Shown: positions 27,996-40,251 of the stretch, one piece after another
Layout of the letters: each line of letters opens with the position of its first letter
Position numbering within the stretch: position 1 is the first letter of the stretch
NCBI RefSeq assembly: GCF_009914755.1
Contig: NC_060928.1
From: the human T2T-CHM13v2.0 reference genome, Homo sapiens
Strand: one strand, 5' to 3'
Length of the DNA: 64,000 nt
Translations under genes and position numbers: made by a program
The notes under the pieces: generated by a model
What the model saw: only the letters and a program-made list of their open reading frames with translations
Told to the model about the DNA's origin: nothing
Database searches by the model: none

Positions 27996-30239
27996 CTTCT
28001 GCTTCCCCCCACTTTTTTTTTTAACTTTCTCCTTTTTCTCCCCAAGGAAGGCCATAGAAACTAAAAATATACTCTCATCTTCCCCCCTTTGTGTCTTGGA
28101 GCTGGCCGTGAAGAAATTGTCTGATTGTAAGTCATAAGATCCCCATTTCTGAAGGGGTCCTGCACCATACCCAGGAAGAAGGAATGCTGCACAGAGAGGC
28201 CAAGAAAAATCTAAACAGTCCTTGCTGGGTTGCCCCACTCAGCCTATTCATATTAGGTCATACTCTCTTTGTCCAGTCATATTTTTACATGATTGTCCAT
28301 GCTTCAATCATTCCTATCCAATGAATTTTCCATAAGAGGCCCAGAAAGATAGAATATGGGAGCTCCTGAACAGCTGAACTTGTGGAAGCTTGCAGAAAGG
28401 TGAAGAAGAACTCATCCACGTGCGGGTGGGTGGCACATCCCATTTACACAGGAATGGAAGTGCTTGTGCTCAGGACCCTTTAGACCTCACCCTATGCATC
28501 TCTTCATCTGACTGTTTATTTGTATTTTTAAAAATATCCTTTATAATAAAGTTGTAAATGTATTTCTCTGAATTATGTGAGCCAGCCTAACAAATTAATC
28601 AAACCCAAGGACCGGGCTGTGGGAACTCTGATTTATAACTGATCGGTTAGAAGCCCAGGCAAAATAACCTGGGGCTTGTGGGAACTGAGCCTCCAACCTG
28701 TGTGATCTGATGCTGTCTCCAGGTAGATAGTGTCAGGATGCTATTTCCAGGTAGAGAGTTGGGTGTCCACTGCAGAACTGATTGCTTGCTTGTTGGTTAG
28801 GAGAAATCCCCACAAACTTGGTCACAGAAGTTTTCTGTATTGATTGTTGTGGTGTGAGAGTAGAGAAAAAACTGTTTTTCCACCCAGCACCTATGGTTTA
28901 ATTCATACCTTTTTTTTTCACTCTGTATGCCACTTACTTTAAAAAAATAAAAATGTGAGTGTCTTGTCTGGCCAGCAAGATTAAGAAATAAGTTTGTCTT
29001 CTGCTTTCCGGGGCTCTGTTTATTCAGTTATAGGAAGGAAGGGTAGAGTTGAATCAAATATTAATTCTTAAAACATCTTTTGGTTTTTTATTTCTTTTAT
29101 AATGTGAGGTAATGCGGGGTGTATTTATTTTTTTCTTGGTATCCTAATGTATATAATACTTTGAAAGTTGTCGGAACCCTCTATGGATTAGACATACATG
29201 CATAGATAAATAAGCATGAACATCACTGTCGTCATCTACCATTAGTGAGCTTATTTATTTAATTCTTTCTCTTATTTTAATTTTCTGGTACAATAGGTTA
29301 ATATTCTGTGAAAACCAACCTGACATTCTTAACCTTTTCATGGGACATTAAACTTTGACTACTGTCACAGTTAGTAAAGTTCCCTTTACAGAAATTTAAT
29401 TTGTGCATTAAAATGTATGTATACAATTATCTTTTATTAACACATTTTACAGTTGTGATTAAATCACTGTATAATTTTATTAAAACATATGAAATGATTG
29501 ATTTTGAGATAGAGATAATACATAGTGCCACATATGGCGGGAAATACACGCACATCCTTGTTCAGAAGTATTTTCTTTAGGATGGAAGGCCCTTTGAGAG
29601 AGACACTGCAGCTCTCCTGTGCCTCAGCCTACCTCCCTGGGCCAGGTGTCTCTGATGTGGTGGGTTCAGCTTCCTTTATGCCACTTGGCCACTGCCTCTT
29701 CAGTGCAAGCCTCTGACTCTCTCCTCAGCTATCTTCCATGCTCCCTGTGGGTTTTGGCAGAAACTTCTGGATTCCTTCCAGAGAAGAAGCTTAGATGAGT
29801 GAACTCAGTCTTTCTCTCTGCCTACCTAGTTTTCACCTTTGTTGTCACATTTGGTCGTTTCTTGAGTGAGACTACCCTTCATGTTGGTATCTGTCAGGAG
29901 TTTGGCTGGGTTGTTGGGGACTAAGCATGCCACCAAATCCACTCTCAATCCCCTACTGGTGGGTCAGTACTGGATGAGAATTTAGCTCACATAGGTCTTC
30001 CTCTTCCTTTTTTCTCTTTGCCTTCCCACCCACTAGCTGATATGCCAACTTGCATCACATCCTTTTTCTCCTAAGGGCAACCTCCTGTTTAGCCTCCATT
30101 GACAAATCATATTTCCATTCTCTACCATGGTAGAAACTCAATTTAGACCAACTTTCATTTTCATGATTGAAGCCTTAGGAAAGCTAGACAATAGGGATTT
30201 ACAAACAGGAGATTACACTGGTTTATTCTAAGAGGAGCC

Positions 30240-30555
30240 TAACTTCGTGCTAAAAACGTGAATGCAAGACAGGCTGCCTAGTTTCTTGTTCTGGGCTGTC
30301 ACTTACTAGATGTGTCACTTTAGGTAAATAATGTAATTTCTTTTTTCCTCAGATTTGTCATCTTAATGGCAATCTGTTACAACAACTTTATAAGAAAGGG
30401 ATTATTTTATCATCATTTTATGATGATAATTTAAATGTCATTTAAAATGATGACAAAATAGTCCCTTTCTTAAAAAGTTGCTGTAACAAAAAATTAGTTA
30501 AGAACCTAAAATAGTAACTGAAAAGTAATAAATATTTGGTATCTGTTAGCTAATA
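30240..30555 (+). mobile_element. MIR containing an inverted duplication
   Basis: cacttactagatgtgtcactttaggtaaat...cctcagatttgtcatct...taaaatgatgacaaaatagtccc...aagttgctgtaac. Confidence 0.7.
30375..30488. repeat. 46-bp inverted repeat (42/46 matches), 22-nt spacer
   Basis: 30375-30420 versus the reverse complement of 30443-30488, compared base by base. Confidence 0.95.
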
Positions 30556-31033
30556 CCAAATATTAGGAGGCTAAATGAAAAATGTAAAGTTGGAAATGCA
30601 GGTGCCTAATTAAGTGAGACTTTGAAAGTGCCTGGAATTTAGACACACAATGTAGCAAGCAACAAGAAGCCTTGAAATAATTTGAGTGGTTGTGTGGTGA
30701 AAGTAGTGTTGACTTAAATTAGTTCATTAGGAGTATATTAAGAGTGAGACAGCGATTGTATTTACAGGACTTCAGCCTCAAGGTGATGAAGGCCTAGACT
30801 AAGTTGTTGCAAATAGCAGTGGTGATAAAAGAAAACAGAGGAGATTATCAGGGATCAGAGAGAGGTGTGGGCCCAGGGTGTTTCTGAGCCAAGGATAATG
30901 GCTGCATCATGTAGAATTTAGCAGAAATAGAGAGTTAAAAGAAGAGAATGTTGTCTGGGTAGAAAAATTTTGATTTTAGATTTATTAAGTTTGAGGCAAT
31001 AATAGGCTATTCAAGTGGAAGTATCCCAGGGGA

Positions 31034-31232
31034 CAGGGATTGGCAAACTTTTTCTGTAAAATGCCAGATGGAAAATATTTCGGTCTTTGTGGACCAGATG
31101 TGGTCTCTGTCACATCTTATTCTTTGTATTTTTTTTTTTTTAACTATTCTTTTAATATATATTTAAAATGCAAAAATGTAGGACACCAAAAAAAGCTGCA
31201 ATCTAACTTGGCTCATGACAGAGCCTTGACTG
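31034..31232 (+). mobile_element. MER58C-like hAT MITE within an antisense L2
   Basis: cagggattggcaaactttttctgtaaaatgccagatggaaaatatttcggtctttgtggacc...gtctctgtcacatcttattctttg. Confidence 0.75.
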
Positions 31233-32776
31233 AGATATTGGGTCTAGAAATCTAGATTAATGTTCACCGTGTGGATAATTTGAAAACTCTTGAGTAAGCA
31301 TAGATGTACAGTATTCTAATTAAGATAGATTATTATTGTAAATTATATAAATATTTACATTGAAAGTGTTTTGCCCAGAAATAGATTTTACCTTATTTTT
31401 TCTGAGCCCTGTAAAGTTACTAAGGACTTCCGTCAACTAGATATAAAAATAGATTCAATAAAATTAATAAAATTTTTCAAATGTTGATTAGGATTTAAGA
31501 AAAATAGTTTCAGAAAATTTCTAATTTCATAATTCTGTGGAAATTAATGCAAAATAATGTTTGGCTTACTGGATGTCACAGAGGCTAAAAGTAATCTTTA
31601 GTTTATGAGAGTATCATGATACATGATAGAATAAGACAGGCTATAAGAATTGTAGCCAGCTGTGCTGGCATCAAGGAATTAGAATATTTATGCTTTAACT
31701 ATGGGATTAAAGGGGGTTATAGCCTTTCAAAATTGACTTAAATAAAGGCACTATAGATAGAATTAAATAAAAACAATATGAGTTCCTTACTTCTGTCCAA
31801 ATTAACCAAATGAATGGCACAAACTGAAGAAGTCTCTTAAACTAACCATAATTAATGAGTTTATTTATTCCCTTAATTCAAGTAGATCACTAGAGTTTAA
31901 GTCTATTTTCCTAATGGAATGTTATTGATTTTAAGTTTAACCAACATGTTTTGCTTTTTACAACAGATTTATAGAAATATTCAATATTTTTACTAGTACA
32001 ACCTAGAAATTATTTTACTTCTTTATTTAAGATGATATGTTTCAGATAAACTTTTGAAATCTATAGAGTATTACTTTCATATATGTAAATGCAGAGTGCA
32101 GATTACAGAAATTAGTTTTAGATTCAACATTATGTCGAAGTTCCAGTACCTTTATACTTGAAGTGTTTGAGAGAAACATTGGCAAATTGGAGCTTACATA
32201 GAAAGACACATTCAGGAATATAACATATCTAAGTACTAATTCAAGTGAAAAATAGCTAAAACAACTAGTATGGAGAAGAAAGACGTTGGAGGGTCTGGGC
32301 TCATGTATGCATTGCACAATGGGGTGAGTTGTGTATATATCACAGTTGTCTTAAATATTTAAAATGGCAGAAGAAGGAGCAGACTCATTTATCTATCCAT
32401 TCATCCATCCGTCTAACAATTCACCCATCATTTCATGTAGAAATAGCCTTCTATATGCTAGTCTTAATGTATATACTAGAGACAGAAAGATGAGTAATAT
32501 AACCCCTACGTAAAGAAGCTCATAGACTAATGAGGAATCTCATATTTTGTGGGAACACTTATTACTTAGGTAAACCATTAGCTTTCATTTCCTCCTCTCT
32601 AAGTCCAGATAATAATAATAATACATAACTCAGAGGGTTATCTATGGGGGAAAATGAAATTGTGAAAAGTACTACAAAAATGCTATAGAATGTTAGATGA
32701 CATATTATTGACTGAGGGATTTCTGGATAAGAGATTACTAACTCATGTTTTCTGAATCTCGTGATTTAAAATTTTG

Positions 32777-33293
32777 TAGTAAATTAGTTATGTGTTGTGT
32801 GATAAACCATATAAAATTTAGTGTCTTAAAATCACAACACTTTATTGTTTCTCATTGTTTTACTGGTTGACTGAGTGATTTTCTCCCTGGTCTTGTTTGG
32901 GCTCATTCGATATCTCCTCACTCACCTGTCTGGTGCCTCGGTGATGGCTGTTGTGTGAGCCGCTTTCATCATGCAGTTTCTTCATTAGGTAGTCCAGCTG
33001 GATTTTCTTACATGACAGCAGAAACAGTCAAAGATGTAACAACAGAATGGCAAGGCCTCTTGGGACCTAGAGTTGGAAGTCACACATTATTTTTGCCATA
33101 TCCTGTTGGTCATAACTAGTTATAAAGACATAGGACATAAATCGTAGCTAGGACATAAATCATAGCTAGCCCAGATTTAAGGGGAGGGAAGAGAGACTCC
33201 ACCTTTCAATGGGAGAAGTGGCAAATTCACACTGGAGAAGGGTGCATGGGATGGAAGAGACTGTTGTGGCCATCTTTGCAAACTATCTACCAC
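32777..33293 (-). mobile_element. MLT1H/I-like solo LTR
   Basis: aaaatttagtgtcttaaaatcacaac...cccagatttaaggggagggaagagagactccacctttcaatgggag...gtggccatctttg...ctaccaca. 18-bp duplication at 33131-33169. Confidence 0.75.
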
Positions 33294-34179
33294 ATATACA
33301 CATGGCAGGTTTTTATTTCCCATTTGGTAAAGTATAAGTAGTCTATTTTTCTGTGTACAGTGGCTAACAGTTGTACTTATTTTGTTGTGTGTGTTTCAAT
33401 CATCATTACTAGCAAGGAATAATAGTATGAAAAGGCACAGTTTGAGTCCTTCTATATAGTTCATAGTCATTGTTGTTTGTAATCAAAGAAATATTGCAGC
33501 AACTTCTAACCAATAGGTTATGAGTGAAGGATTTGTCTGTCTGTGAAAAAATCTAGTAGTTTGAAGGTTCTTAATTCTTGTTACTTTATTATTACACTGT
33601 CTTCATTTTTTTAGCAACAAGAGGTAAATTTTTACTTTACTGCTTAATATCTGTCACTTTTATTCCTTTATAACAAGAAGATAAATATTTTAAGTCAGTT
33701 TTCCTCTTATCTAAGTATATAACCAATGGTTACAGAGCATGGAGTTGGGGTGAAGTGTGACTTTGTTTTCTTTTTATTTTAATCAAGTAGTTTCAATATC
33801 ATTTCTAACTAGACAGCCTTACTTTTCAAACACCGCACCGCAAAGTATTATGTTGTTGCATTGATTTATTTCTGTTGTTTTGAAGTCTCAGTGAATTTAT
33901 AATTTATATCCCACACTATCTTGAGGGTATGTGTGCTAAAGCAGAAAACACAAACTTGTCCATTTTGGTAAAATAAGGGTATTCTAAACTTTTGAGAGTT
34001 GCAAGAATCCTACTTTGAAAAATATTCAGTCTCCAGATGAACTGTAGACTTTAAATACGTAAAAGCATTATAACAAAGAAAAACATACCAGTTTATAGCC
34101 AATGACGTATGTTGATCGTAGACTCTAGCTATAGGAATGCCTTTCATTTTCTTGAAAATACAAGACAGTTTCTTATCTT

Positions 34180-34505
34180 TTGACTTATAGATATGTTGCC
34201 CTCTCAGGTTGAAGCGCACCCTACTATTCTTTTGATGAGTGTCTCCCTACCTGTAAGTCCCAGTTTCCATGTCACTTCCTCCACAAAGTCTTCTGGCCAG
34301 GCACCTCTCTTGCATGTTTGCATAGCACCCTCCGCTAATGCCTCCCAGTATCATGTAGCTGCTGTGAGCTTTTCTTTCTTCCTCACTAGACTATGAGCTC
34401 AATAAGGAGAGGCGTGATGCTGACTTTGACCATGTTTATACCTTCACTTCTTAGCACAGCAGTTAGAACATTGTAATGGGCAACTGATATTTGTTAAATG
34501 AATTA
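34180..34505 (+). mobile_element. L2 3' end
   Basis: cactagactatgagctcaataaggagagg...cttagcacagcag...gatatttgttaaatgaat. Confidence 0.65.
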
Positions 34506-35661
34506 ATTTGGGGTAGAATGTAATAAAATTTCCCACTTTAGCATTTTCATTCAGATAAAAGTACAATAGAAAATCTCATTTTTGAATCAGGACTCATAAT
34601 TGTTTGGCATTGAAATAGAAAAAACATACAATGACCTATCTTTTCATTGTGTACAACAGATCAAACATTCTGCTTTGTAAGTATCTAAATAGTCTCTCAT
34701 TAAATGGTTCTTTATATGATCAAGGATATGATTTTTCTTGATTTACTTTTATTTTGTAGTTCCCTAGCAAATTACTATGGGAATTAAGGTCACACAAATC
34801 AAATATCTCAATTATGCCTTTGGTATCTTACTCATCACTCTCCTACCTACTTTGACTATATCTTTCTGCTTCTTAAAATTTTCTACAGCTTCCTTTTACC
34901 CTCTGAAACAATAATGATCATATTGCCCCACTGTTCTCAGAGCGCTTGGCTATCAGATACAAGGTATTCGACTGTATCTGCCTCCGGAACACACGTGAAA
35001 TAATGTATTTATTACTATCTGAAAATATATTTCAACTCACCTTCTGTAGTTTGCCACCTTTCCTTAATTTTTGTCCATTTATATCATACATATAAACTAC
35101 TTTATTCATTCTGACAGCAGTAGCATAGATTTCATTCTTTTTAATTTCATTATATGGTTTGTTTCCTCCAAAAACAAACATTCTAGTTTTTTATACCATT
35201 TCTAATATTCCAGCATAATTAATGATCTGCTCTTTTCATTCAACCCATATTTGTACTTTGATATCTATGAATTATTTGGACCAGCTAAACAATGTAAGCA
35301 AATTGAACATTCACAGCATTTGATCTTTTTTGTCTGGGTCTTGATATTTAGAAAGTTCAGCTAAAGTTGATATTAAAGTGTTAAATTTGCAGAAGTTTCA
35401 GGTAACTCTTCAGTTGATCTTTACTGAAATAATGAACCACAGCCTAGAGCCCTTGTGCTTTTGTATGCTTACTAGGATTCCATAATTTTTAAGGATATAT
35501 AGTTGGAAATTTTGGGAAGTGGGGATTTGGTTTTTGGTTTTTTTATTCTCAACTGAAGTGTAGCATGTATACAGATCACAGTGTAGGATGCAAATACAGA
35601 TCACCAGACAGAACCTTCTGTGTGCTTTGTGGAGTCATTTGATTATTTGTGTAGTATCTCA

Positions 35662-36014
<353 letters not shown>

Positions 36015-36950
36015 TTAATTTATTGCTGTATGCTAAATAGTGTGCTAGGCATATTGCACACAAGATTATGTATGCAATATGTATGCAATGTGCCTCCTAA
36101 AAATTGTTGATTATTTGTATTATTATCTCTGTTTTTCAGCAGCTCTGGAAGTTAAATAAATTACCCTATGTATTAGTTTTCTATTGCTATGTAACAAATC
36201 ACCACAAACTTAGAGAATTAAAATAACACCATTACTTATATCATAGTTCTGTAGATCAGAAGGCCAAGCAGGCTGGACTGGGTGTTCTACTTGGGGTCTC
36301 TGAAGGTAGAAATCAAGGTGTCAGCCAGGCTGGGCTCTTAGCTGGCAGCTGGAAAGAATTCATTATCAAGCTCATTCAGGTTGTTGGCAGAATTAAATTC
36401 CACTTGAACCTCGAACAACATGGGTTTCAGCTGCAGGTCCACTTATACCCATTTTTTAAAAATAATTATATTGGGATTCTTTTGGATATTTGAGACAATT
36501 TGAAAAAAAAAAACCAGATGAACAGTGTAGCCTAGAAATACTGAAAAAATCAGGAAAAAGTTAAGTGTGACACTATTCTGGAGATACTAGTCTCTTTTAT
36601 CATTAACTACCATAAAATATACACAAATCTATCATTAAAAGTTAAAATGTATCAGAATTTACACATATAAACACTTAGAGTTGACAGAAATGTAAACAAA
36701 TATATGGAGGCATAAAATTAATTGTGGTACATACTAAACTACTGTAATAATGTTGTAACCCCCTCCTGTTGGTAATGAGGTGAACTCCAGCACTATAAGT
36801 CTCTGCATAAAATGCTCTGTGATGCTAATCAACCTGTGTGAGCAGCTCATCTCCAGTAAATTGCATACTGAAGTAAAAAGTGATCTCTTGCAGTTCTCGA
36901 GTATTTGTTATAGTGTTTAGTGTACTACCATAAACCTTGAATAACACCCT

Positions 36951-38470
36951 ACGGCCCACAGGAAGTGTCACTAGTGATGCTGGAAGTGCTTCCAAGAAAC
37001 AGAAAAGTCATGACATTACAAGAAAAAGTTGGATTGCTTGATATGTACCATAAAATGAGGACTGCCACTTTGATTGCCCATCATTTCAAGATACATGAAT
37101 CCAGCCTAGGAAAAGGAAATTTCTGAAGCTGTAGCTGCAGCTACAACAGCAGGTGCAAAAACCTTGCACATTTTGTGAAATACATTTGTATCTCATATCG
37201 AAAATGTAGCTTTTATGTGGGTACAGGATTGCTATGAGAAAGTCATACCTATAGACCAAGAGACAGCATACTAGTTTCCTAGACACCATTAAAAATCATT
37301 AAATAGAAAGGATATCTGCCTGAACAGGTTTTTAATACAGACAAAAGTGTCTACTCTGGGGAAAAAAAGCCACAGAAGACATTTATTAGTAAAAAATAGA
37401 AGCCAGCACCAGGAATTAAGCTGGTCTTTTTTGTCTGGGTCTTGATATTTAGAAAGTTTTTAAGGCATATTTAGAAAGTTTTTAAGGCATATTTAGAAAG
37501 TTTTAAGGAATTAAGGCAGGAAGGGATAGGCTAACTCTACTGTTTTGTACAAATGCAGTCAGGTTTATGATCAACACCGCCCTCATCTATAAAGCTGCTA
37601 ATCTAAGAGCCTTGAAGGGAAAAGATAAACACCAGCTGCCAGTCTTTTGCTTTTACAAGACAACCTGGACAATGAGAAGCCCTATTCTGCATTTGTTTTA
37701 TCAGTGCTTTGTCAGGAGGTACCTTGCAAGTAAAATTCTTTTGATTTTGGACAATGCCCTTGGCCACCCAGAACTCCATGAATTCAAGATCGAAGGTGTC
37801 TAAGTTGTCTACTTGATCCCAAACACAACTTCTCTAATTCAGCCTCTAGATCAAGGGGTCATAAGGACTTTAAACTCATTACACATGGTACTTTATGGAA
37901 GGGATTGTCAGTGACATGAAAGAGAGCCCTGATAGAAAGGACATCATGAAAGTCTGGAAGGATCACACAATTGAAAATGTCGTTGTTATTGAACAAGCCA
38001 TGAAGGCCATTAGCCCAAAGCAATAAATTCCTACTGGAGAAAACTGTCCAGATGTTGTGCGTGACTTCACAGGATTTATGACAGAGCCAATCAAGGAAGT
38101 TATGGATGAGATTGTAGGTATGGCAGAAAAAAAAAAAAAAGATGGGGTAAAGGATTTCAGGATATGGATCTTGGGGAAATTCAAGAGCTAATAGAAACCA
38201 CACCAGAGGAATTAACAGAAGACAACTTAATGGAGATGAATGCTTTTGTGCCAGTGCCACACTATGAGGAAGAAGACATATTATAAAAGAAGCAGTGCCA
38301 GAAAACAAATTGACATTAGACAATCTGGCAGAAGGGTTATTGTTATTCAAGGCTACTTTCAACTTCTTTCATGTCATGGACCCTTCTATGATACAGGCAC
38401 TGAAACTAAAGTGAACAGTGGAAGAAAGATGCTACCACATAGAAATATTTTAAAGAAATAAAGAAGCAAA
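36951..38470 (+). pseudogene. Decayed Tigger2 transposase (CENP-B/pogo DDE family)
   Basis: ORF 37567-37803 contains KILLILDNALGHPE. Downstream VYLIPNTTSLIQPLDQGVI. Multiple stops, frameshifts and an insertion. Confidence 0.85.
37421..37505. other. 85-bp templated/iterative insertion flanked by the 10-bp direct repeat aggaattaag
   Basis: 37425-37458 is identical to 35324-35357. 22-bp unit atatttagaaagtttttaaggc x about 2.9. aggaattaag at 37411-37420 and 37506-37515. Confidence 0.9.
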
Positions 38471-39957
38471 AGAGTCAGAAGTTACAATGTATTTCCTCAA
38501 AGTTACACCAAGTGTGCCTGCCTCTCCTTTCTCCCCTTCCACCTCCTCCACTTCTTCTGCCTCTGCCACCTGAGACAGCAAGACCAACCTCTCCTTTTCC
38601 TCCTCAGCTTACTCAATTTGAAGACAATGAGGATGAAGACCTTTATGATGATCCACTTCCACTTAATGAATAATAATTATGTTTTCTCTTAGGATTTTCT
38701 TAATAACATTTTTTTCTCCAGCTTGCTTTATTGTAAGAATACAGTACCTACTACATATGAAATACATTCAAAATATGTGTTAATTGGCTGTGTTATCAAT
38801 AAGGCTTCTGGTCAACAGTAGGCTATTAGTTTTGGGGGAGTCAAAACTTACAGGTAGATTTTTGTCTTTGCCGGGGATCAGTGCCCCAGCCCGAGTTGTT
38901 CAAGGAGCTGTACTTGCAGTTGTAGGAGTGAGGTACCAGTTTTCTTGCTGGCTGTCAACAGGGGCTGCTCACCACTCCTGGAAGCTACCTGTGCTCCTTC
39001 TCATGTGGCTCACTCACTTCAAACCAGCAATGGCATGTTGAAACCTTCTTATGATTTGAGTCTTTCTGGCTTTCCCTTCTCCTACCAGCCAGATAAAGTT
39101 CTCTGCTTTTAAGGGCTTGTATGATTAGATTAGTCACCCCTTCTATGTAAAATCTCTCTATGTTAAGGTTAACTATGCCATGTAACATGAAACAATCACA
39201 GGAGTGATACGTTGTCACATGCACAGTTAGTGTGAGATATTCTGTGGGAGAAGGGGCATAATTCTGCTTACCATATCATATTGCTCAAAACAGTAATTGG
39301 CAGAGTTAGAGGTCAAGCCTGGGTTTGGTTGAACTCCAGAGCTTTGTCTCTATACCACATTCATCAGAGGGCCTAATTTTATCTGTGGTGATATGGAAAC
39401 CAGTCTTAGTCCTATATAGCCAGGCTATGTTGGTCCCATATGCTGCTATAAATATATTGCCTCAGAGGTCTCCAGCACAGTTTTACATGCACACTGGTCC
39501 TGTAAAATAGGAGATCCAGATGGTCAGAAATGCATACGTTAGGTTTTGTTATGCCCCATATATTTCTGTGATTTGCACTTGTGTTTATTAGTTTATTCTG
39601 CCCTATTTTATTACAAGCTTTGATTTCTACTTTCTACCCTTTCTCCCTTCTGCTTACCTTATGAACGTACTTAAAAAACTTGGTTAACTAAGAGTCAGGC
39701 TTATTGCAGTTTCTTTTGGAAATTCGTAGTCATATTTTTTTTTCTGCTTAATTAAATCCTTTTCAGAGGTAATTGAGTTGAGTGACCATAATGTGCTAAG
39801 GGAACTGCAAAAGATAACAAAGTCAATCAAGAGAAATCCCTTACTTGATCATACAAAGCTATCATTTAACTAGGGACCCCATGGATTTTTCTGAAGCAGA
39901 ATATTTGATCTGGTGCACACAATGAAAAAAAAAAAAGCAAATGTGTGATTTCGTTGA

Positions 39958-40251
<294 letters not shown>

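Larger units (their letters stand above)
36401..38910 (+). mobile_element. Near-full-length Tigger2 (pogo-like) DNA transposon
   Basis: TIR-like ends cacttgaacctcgaacaacatgggttt... and ...gagttgttcaaggagctg followed by ta. Internal transposase remnants. Confidence 0.9.
36169..39275 (-). mobile_element. MLT1D-like solo LTR split by Tigger2 (36169-36400 and 38913-39275)
   Basis: tgtattagttttctattgctatgtaacaaatcaccacaaacttag...ctcattcaggttgttggcagaatt, then resumes cttgcagttgtaggagtgaggt...ttctgcttaccata. Confidence 0.82.

Noticed and set aside
29535-29545. E2F-like tggcgggaaa, plus scattered AP-1 and E-box motifs elsewhere
   Set aside because: Isolated short motifs with no supporting context.
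34935-34990. tRNA-like look (gagcgcttgg...ttcga, 8-bp stem cagataca/tgtatctg)
   Set aside because: I cannot build a cloverleaf or a proper B box from it.
37859-38362. Longest ORF in the track (167 aa, minus strand)
   Set aside because: It is the antisense shadow of the decayed Tigger2 transposase, with no independent protein features.
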